From the NCBI GenBank assembly GCA_965277715.1, contig OZ255836.1, forward strand, positions 2,464,001 through 2,528,000: DNA of 64,000 nucleotides, given 5' to 3'. Positions 57,990 to 64,000 of this stretch are shown one piece after another; position 1 is the stretch's first letter; each line of letters opens with the position of its first letter. The position numbers were made by a program, and so were the translations under genes. This DNA comes from Gammaproteobacteria bacterium. GTDB lineage: Bacteria > Pseudomonadota > Gammaproteobacteria > JBCCGL01. The notes under the pieces were generated by a model. That model was not told the DNA's origin and did no database searches. It saw only the letters and a program-made list of their open reading frames with translations.

Positions 57990-58321
57990 TGTACAGTACC
58001 GGGTATATCGGCCGGGCTATCGACCAGGATATTTAAGTGTACCCGCACTAAGCGGGTACCCAGCATCACGGCATAGCCGGTTTCACGCTGGTGGCCGTTG
58101 CAGCTAAATTCAAAACCATACAGGCGCGCTATATGCATCTGGCCGCGCTCATCGCGCTGTAGTTTCATCTGTTGCAGCATCACCGTCTGATCGAGAAACT
58201 GCACATCGCGGCGCTGACAGGCGGTGATAGCGGCCTCGACAGCGACCTCGCGTGCACGGGTGGCGCCCCACCAAAACCAGGCGATGGCGGCGAGCACAAT
58301 TATGGGCAATAATTCGATCAT
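57986..58321 (-). CDS. DUF3301-like membrane-anchored protein
   Basis: WFWW..RAREVA...C....QFLDQTV, YGFEFS..G..R..G. Confidence 0.8.
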   Translation of the reverse strand: MIELLPIIVLAAIAWFWWGATRAREVAVEAAITACQRRDVQFLDQTVMLQQMKLQRDERGQMHIARLYGFEFSCNGHQRETGYAVMLGTRLVRVHLNILVDSPADIPGTVH

Positions 58322-58385
58322 TTAAGCGGTAGCTGTGATACGTAAATAGCCGATATAATACCGCGTAAACCATGAGGAATTCACG

Positions 58386-58682
58386 ATGGATGATAAAATC
58401 CGCACCGAACTTGAAGCCGCCGCCTTTCGCACACTGGTCGACCATTTGCGCGAACGCACCGATGTACAAAACATCGACCTGATGAATCTCGCCAATTTTT
58501 GCCGTAACTGCCTGTCGAAGTGGTACAAATCCGCCGCCGAGGAGCGCGGGCTGGACATGGACTACGAGCAGGCGCGTGAAGTGATTTACGGTATGCCCTA
58601 CGCACAATGGAAAGAACAGTACCAACTGGAAGCCACGCCGGAACAACTGGCCAAATATGCTGAAAACCATTCCCACACATAG
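58386..58682 (+). CDS. DUF1244-family protein
   Basis: ELEAAAFR.L..HL..RTDVQNIDLMNLA.FCRNCLSKWY; GAGG RBS. Confidence 0.9.
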   Translation: MDDKIRTELEAAAFRTLVDHLRERTDVQNIDLMNLANFCRNCLSKWYKSAAEERGLDMDYEQAREVIYGMPYAQWKEQYQLEATPEQLAKYAENHSHT

Positions 58683-58805
58683 GCAGGCTTGCCTGCATCG
58701 CACGCTCAAGGGCAAGCCAAATAAATTATTTTCAGACAATATTTTTCAAAAAATGTCAAGAACTCGTCTAAACTCCTGATAATCTGAACAGTTCGTACCT
58801 TGGTT

Positions 58806-58963
58806 TAGAGTGTGCTGGAAAGCGTTGCGAGCGAAGGTGAGGCAGGGCGGAAATTGACAAAAAATCGCAGTTTACACGCACTAAATGAGTATTTTTTGCC
58901 AGTTTTCAACGCCGTATCACCGAGCGCTGTACGACCGAAAGCAATCGTTTTGCGGTGCCCTCT
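58806..58963. repeat. MITE/REPIN-like structured repeat with long internal hairpin (boundaries approximate)
   Basis: GAAATTGACAAAAAAT...ATTTTTTGCCAGTTTTC stem; subterminal CGTTGCGAG and CGCTGTA motifs resemble those of family A. Confidence 0.5.
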
Positions 58964-59154
58964 TTATGTTGGCGAATAGTATTTTTTGGGCAAATTGTGT
59001 ACAGTACGCACCCTGCGAGCATCGGCTCATACCTCACCTAACGTATTGCATTTAAACAATAACGTGTACTACTCACCCCGCCAATTACCTTTTTCCAGAC
59101 TATTTCAGTACAAACTGCCGTTTGTTGTAACCCACTACAGGGGAATATTGCCTG

Positions 59155-60192
59155 ATGTCTGTTATCAAAATTACTGAACTGTTGGGTGATGGCATTGGCC
59201 CGGAGCTTGGTGCATCGATTCACCGGGTCGCCGGGGCATTGCCGGTCGATTTCGATTTCATACCGATTGACTGGTCACTGGAAACCCGCGAGCGCGATGG
59301 CGAGCTGGCCATCGACCGCGCCGAGGCGTCGATGCGCGCCACCAAACTGGCGATCAAATACCCCACCGCGACCGTCAGCCGTAGCCCCAACGCACTGATT
59401 CGCCGCCGCTGTGACTTTAGTGTCATCTACCGCCCCGCCATATCGATTAAGGGCATCGATTCCAATTTCAAGGAAAACGTAAACCTGCATATCGTGCGCA
59501 TCGCCACTGGCGGTACTTACGATGACCCCGGTCAGCTTATCGGTAAAAATACCGCCGTTTCGCTGCGCATGGTAGAGCGGGAGCCGTGTACACAGGCGGC
59601 ACACTTTGCCTTTAATCTGGCGCGTAAAAAAGGCCGCACGTACGGCAGTGACAATTACACCATGACCTCCTCATCGAAACACACAGTACAGAAGGTCACT
59701 GATGGCCTGTTCGAGTCGGTGGTCAAAGAAGTACACCAGCAACACCGCGATGTCACACACAATACCGAATTGTTCGACGCGCTACTGGCAAAAATCATCA
59801 TTGCACCAGACCAGTTCGAGGTGGTGTTGGTGCTCAACGAATACGGTGACTTTTTATCGGATATGGCCTCGGGCCTGGTCGGTAGCCTCGGTACGGGCGC
59901 CAGTGGCAACTATTCCTTTGATGCCGATAACCAGGTGGATATTGCGATGTTTGACCCGGCGGGCGGCACAGCTCCGGATATTGCCGGTAACAACGTGTGC
60001 AACCCCTCGGCCGTATTATTGTCGTTTGGTATGTTGCTCGATCATGTCGACCGCTATGATCTCGGCCACGCATTGCGCTTGAGCCTGCTGGGCGCCATCG
60101 AGCGGGGTGAATGCACCCGCGACCTCGGCGGCAAGCTGAATACCGATGAATTCACGCAGGTCGTCATTGATCACCTTCCCGATTATTTATAA
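59155..60192 (+). CDS. Isocitrate/isopropylmalate dehydrogenase family, probably an NAD-type isocitrate dehydrogenase
   Basis: GDGIGPE, SPNALIRR, YGDFLSD, GTAPDIAG, NPSAVLL; directly upstream of sucAB. Confidence 0.75.
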   Translation: MSVIKITELLGDGIGPELGASIHRVAGALPVDFDFIPIDWSLETRERDGELAIDRAEASMRATKLAIKYPTATVSRSPNALIRRRCDFSVIYRPAISIKGIDSNFKENVNLHIVRIATGGTYDDPGQLIGKNTAVSLRMVEREPCTQAAHFAFNLARKKGRTYGSDNYTMTSSSKHTVQKVTDGLFESVVKEVHQQHRDVTHNTELFDALLAKIIIAPDQFEVVLVLNEYGDFLSDMASGLVGSLGTGASGNYSFDADNQVDIAMFDPAGGTAPDIAGNNVCNPSAVLLSFGMLLDHVDRYDLGHALRLSLLGAIERGECTRDLGGKLNTDEFTQVVIDHLPDYL

Positions 60193-60248
60193 GCTGAACC
60201 CGCCTATACCTAATTAACCCAATCAACCCGACAGGACATCATATCGCC

Positions 60249-63098
60249 ATGATGAAAACACTGCTCAGCACCTCGCTGCTAGACGGTGGAAACGTTATCT
60301 ACCTGGAACAACAGTACGAACAGTTTTTGCGCGACCCCAATGCGGTGACACCGGAGTGGCGCAATTACTTTGAAAAACTGCCCGTGGTCGACGGCGTTAG
60401 CGCACAGGATATTCCGCACTCAGAGGTGCGCCAACACTTTTACCACCTCACCCGCAACAAAGGCCAACGACCCGCCAGTACGGCGGCCGATGTATCGATT
60501 GAGCACGAGCGCAAACAGGTACGCGTTCAGGAGCTGATCGCCAGTTACCGCATGCGTGGCCACCAGCTCGCCCGCCTCGACCCACTCAACCGGGCGCCAT
60601 TGCCGGTGGTGCGTGAAGTCGAGCTGCGTGAAAATGGCCTCAGCCCCGCTGATCTGGACACAGTATTTCGCACCGGCTCGCTGTACGGCGCAGACAGTGC
60701 CCCCCTGCGTGACATTATCGAGCAACTGCAGCAAACCTACTGCGGTAGTGTTGGCAGCGAATACATGCACCTGCCGCATACCACGCAAAAATTGTGGTTG
60801 CAGCAACGCCTGGAAAGCGTTAACGCAAAGCCGCAGCAATCGCCACAAACGCGGCGGTGGATTTTGCAGCGGCTCACCGCCGCTGAAGGTATCGAGCGCT
60901 ATCTCCACTCAAAATACGTCGGTCAAAAGCGCTTCTCGCTGGAGGGTGGCGAAGGCTTGATTCTAATTATGAGCGAGCTGGTAAAACGCGCCGGTGATGC
61001 CGGTGTGCGCGAGATGATTATCGGCATGGCACACCGTGGCAGGCTCAATTTACTGGTCAATATTCTCGGCAAAAAACCCGCCGATCTGTTCTCTGAATTT
61101 GAAGGCAAACGCAATACCCTGCCAAAGGCATCCCTGTCATCGGGTGATGTAAAATACCACCAGGGGTTTTCCTCAGACATAAAAACCACCAGCGGCCAAA
61201 TGCACCTGGCGCTGGCGTTTAACCCATCGCACCTGGAGATTGTATCGCCCGTCGTCGAAGGGTCGACCCGCTCGCGACAGGATCGCCATAGCGATACCGA
61301 TGGCAACCGCATCATACCCATTGCCATTCACGGTGATGCCGCTTTTGCCGGTCAGGGTGTGGTGATGGAAACCTTTAATATGGCCGATTCGCGGGGTTAC
61401 TCGACCAAAGGCACCCTACATATTATCGTCAATAATCAGATTGGTTTTACCACCAGCAACAAACTGGATACGCGCTCAACCATTTACAGCAGCGATGTGG
61501 CAAAAATGATTAACGCGCCGATTTTCCACGTCAACGGTGACGACCCGGAAGCGGTTTACTACGTGACCCAGTTGGCGCTCGACTTTCGTATGCAGTTTAA
61601 AAAAGACGTGATCATCGACCTGGTCTGTTACCGCCGCCACGGCCATAACGAGGCCGACGAGCCGTCCGCCACCCAGCCGATGATGTACCAGGCGATCAAG
61701 AAACTACCCACCACCCGCAAGTTATACGCCGACCATTTGATCGCCGGGCAGGTCGTTACAGCCACTGAGCCGGATACCCTGGTGGCAGAGTTTCGCGATG
61801 AGCTCGACGCCGGTCACTGCGTGGCGGAAAACATCCTCGAAGACGCCCAACTTGGCAACGAGCACACCGTCAACTGGCAGCCTTTCCTGCACAAAGAGTG
61901 GCGCGAACCCGGTGATACCCGCATCACCGCGACCACGCTACGCGCACTGTCAGATAAATTGACCACCCTGCCCGATGGCCTGGCACTGCATTCCCGGGTG
62001 AAAAAAATTGTCGATGACCGCCGCAAAATGGCGGCGGGTGCACAGCCGTTTGACTGGGGTGGAGCCGAGACACTCGCCTACGCCACCCTGCTCAACGACG
62101 GCTATGCGGTGCGCTTGTCGGGTCAGGATTGTGGTCGTGGCACCTTTTTTCACCGGCACGCGGTATTGCACAACCAAAAAGATGGCACGAGCTATGTGCC
62201 GCTGCGCAATCTTGCCGCTGATCAGCCTAACTTCCTGGTAATCGATTCCGTCTTGTCTGAGGAGGCGGTGCTGGGCTTTGAATACGGCTACGCCACCGCA
62301 GACCCCAATACCCTGGTGATTTGGGAGGCGCAGTTCGGTGACTTTGCCAATGGCGCCCAGGTCGTGATCGACCAGTTTATCAGCTCGGGGGAGACCAAAT
62401 GGAGCCGCCTGTGTGGGCTGACACTATTGCTGCCACACGGCTACGAAGGCCAGGGGCCAGAACACTCCTCGGCGCGCCTGGAGCGCTACCTGCAACTGTG
62501 CGCCGAAGACAATATGCAAGTGTGTGTACCCAGTACCCCGGCACAGGTTTACCATATGCTGCGTCGCCAAATGGTGCGACCGCTGCGCCGCCCACTGATC
62601 GTTATGTCACCGAAAAGCCTGCTTCGCCACAAGCTGGCGGTCTCCTCGCTCGATGAGCTGGCAGACGGTGCGTTTTACCCGGTAATCGACGAGATCGATC
62701 CCCTCACCCCAGATACAGTGGAGCGGGTTGTCGTGTGTAGCGGCAAGGTGTTTTACGATCTGATCGAACGTCGCCGGGCCGCTGAAATTGACACCGTTGC
62801 TATCGTCCGGCTGGAACAGATCTACCCGTTTCCCTACCCTGAAACCGAGGGTATCCTGGCGCGTTACAGTAACGCCAAACAAGTGGTTTGGTGCCAGGAG
62901 GAACCGCGCAACCAAGGCGCGTGGCGCTCCAACAAACACCGTATCGACCGGGTTTTGGGCAGCCAGCAGACACTCGAATACGCCGGCCGTGGCCCATCCG
63001 CCTCCACGGCGGTCGGCTACGCCAATTTACACCTACAAGAGCAGGCCAAACTGGTCGATGAAGCACTTGGCCTAACACCCAACAGTCAGCAAGATTAA
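60249..63098 (+). CDS. sucA: 2-oxoglutarate dehydrogenase E1
   Basis: GQKRFSLEG, GMAHRGRLN, GDVKYHQG, HGDAAFAGQG, WEAQFGDFAN, GPEHSSAR. Confidence 0.98.
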   Translation: MMKTLLSTSLLDGGNVIYLEQQYEQFLRDPNAVTPEWRNYFEKLPVVDGVSAQDIPHSEVRQHFYHLTRNKGQRPASTAADVSIEHERKQVRVQELIASYRMRGHQLARLDPLNRAPLPVVREVELRENGLSPADLDTVFRTGSLYGADSAPLRDIIEQLQQTYCGSVGSEYMHLPHTTQKLWLQQRLESVNAKPQQSPQTRRWILQRLTAAEGIERYLHSKYVGQKRFSLEGGEGLILIMSELVKRAGDAGVREMIIGMAHRGRLNLLVNILGKKPADLFSEFEGKRNTLPKASLSSGDVKYHQGFSSDIKTTSGQMHLALAFNPSHLEIVSPVVEGSTRSRQDRHSDTDGNRIIPIAIHGDAAFAGQGVVMETFNMADSRGYSTKGTLHIIVNNQIGFTTSNKLDTRSTIYSSDVAKMINAPIFHVNGDDPEAVYYVTQLALDFRMQFKKDVIIDLVCYRRHGHNEADEPSATQPMMYQAIKKLPTTRKLYADHLIAGQVVTATEPDTLVAEFRDELDAGHCVAENILEDAQLGNEHTVNWQPFLHKEWREPGDTRITATTLRALSDKLTTLPDGLALHSRVKKIVDDRRKMAAGAQPFDWGGAETLAYATLLNDGYAVRLSGQDCGRGTFFHRHAVLHNQKDGTSYVPLRNLAADQPNFLVIDSVLSEEAVLGFEYGYATADPNTLVIWEAQFGDFANGAQVVIDQFISSGETKWSRLCGLTLLLPHGYEGQGPEHSSARLERYLQLCAEDNMQVCVPSTPAQVYHMLRRQMVRPLRRPLIVMSPKSLLRHKLAVSSLDELADGAFYPVIDEIDPLTPDTVERVVVCSGKVFYDLIERRRAAEIDTVAIVRLEQIYPFPYPETEGILARYSNAKQVVWCQEEPRNQGAWRSNKHRIDRVLGSQQTLEYAGRGPSASTAVGYANLHLQEQAKLVDEALGLTPNSQQD

Positions 63099-63140
63099 CC
63101 AGGTTAATACAACCGTCAGCAAAACACAGGAAACCGACAC

Positions 63141-64000
63141 ATGAGTACTGAAATCAAAGTGCCAACCCTGCCCGAATCTGTCGCCGATGCGACCGTGCTT
63201 GTTTGGCACAAAGCGCCCGGCGATGCAGTGCAACGCGACGAAGTTATCGTCGACATTGAAACCGATAAAGTCGTTTTGGAAGTGCCCTCGCCAACCGCTG
63301 GCACACTGGCATCGATTGCGCAAAACGAAGGCGCCACCGTTACCGCCGATCAGTTGCTCGGTATGATCGAAGCCGGTGATGGTGCCGCAGCCACCGATAC
63401 AGTGGCGGCCAGCACTGAGCCGACTGAAACACCTAAGGATAAAGCCGGTGATGCACAAACCAGCCCGGCCGTGCGCAAACTGTTAGCCGAGCACAACCTG
63501 GATGCCAGCGCTGTCAGTGGCAGTGGTAAAAACGGGCGCATTGGCACAGAGGATGTACTGGCGCACGTTGCGTCGCTGTCAGCAGCCCCTGCGGCTGCAT
63601 CGGTGGCTGCACCGGCGACAGACACGGCGCCAGACAGTCCCGCAGCCACGACTACGAACGATTCAACGGCAATAAAATTCACTGCCCCCGCCGCCGCTGG
63701 TGGCGTTAATCTGGCCGATGAAGACCGCCCACAGCGTCGCGTTCCCATGACCCGCCTGCGCGCTCGCATCGCCGAACGCCTGATGCAGGCGACCACGCAA
63801 ACGGCAATGCTGACCACCTTTAACGAAATCAACATGAAACCGATGATTGATTTGCGCAGCGAGTTTAAACAGCGCTTTGAGCAACAGCACGGCATCAAGC
63901 TCGGCTTTATGTCACTGTTTGTCAAAGCCGCCGCCGAGGCATTGAAACGCTTCCCCGACGTCAACGCCTCCATCGATGGCAACGAGATCGTCTACCACGG
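63141..64000 (+). CDS. sucB: 2-oxoglutarate dehydrogenase E2, truncated by window end
   Basis: Manual translation MSTEIKVPTLPESVADATV...IETDKV (lipoyl), SPAVRKLL, RVPMTRLRARIAERL, KLGFMSLF. Confidence 0.95.
   Translation, partial: MSTEIKVPTLPESVADATVLVWHKAPGDAVQRDEVIVDIETDKVVLEVPSPTAGTLASIAQNEGATVTADQLLGMIEAGDGAAATDTVAASTEPTETPKDKAGDAQTSPAVRKLLAEHNLDASAVSGSGKNGRIGTEDVLAHVASLSAAPAAASVAAPATDTAPDSPAATTTNDSTAIKFTAPAAAGGVNLADEDRPQRRVPMTRLRARIAERLMQATTQTAMLTTFNEINMKPMIDLRSEFKQRFEQQHGIKLGFMSLFVKAAAEALKRFPDVNASIDGNEIVYH

Noticed and set aside
63350-63982. 210-aa minus-strand ORF
   Set aside because: Antisense shadow of sucB, which the ORF track missed because it runs off the window.

Overview
Chromosomal window from a gammaproteobacterium, probably marine and adapted to organosulfur and methylamine compounds (inferred from gene content). 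It carries housekeeping genes (gpmI, metA, xerC, hslVU, sucAB, nudC, an IDH-like dehydrogenase), a partial type II secretion operon (gspCDEF), late cobalamin genes (cobU-cobT-cobC-cobS, cobW, a split chlI/chlD-type chelatase gene), a separate CobS/CobT-like AAA+/VWA pair, a reduced oxidative-type dsr cluster (dsrE-F-C-M-K, no dsrH or dsrAB here), an opine-dehydrogenase-like three-gene operon, a TMADH-like flavoprotein, mttB and dddP, and a small AT-rich island (orphan N6-adenine methyltransferase and an M23 peptidase). Most notable: (1) a probable programmed -1 frameshift at an A9 run joining the ChlI-like ATPase to a VWA domain; (2) a GspD secretin with a C-terminal acidic tandem-repeat linker and AMIN-like domain; (3) the dsrH-less DsrEF-C-MK module; (4) a DoxX-DoxX-NDH-2 fusion; (5) several MITE families, one of which demonstrably rewrote a gene end and uncoupled an operon; (6) an unlisted 56-aa ribbon-helix-helix gene. 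I saw no rRNA, tRNA, CRISPR array or intact transposase. All family assignments come from motif recognition by eye, not database searches.
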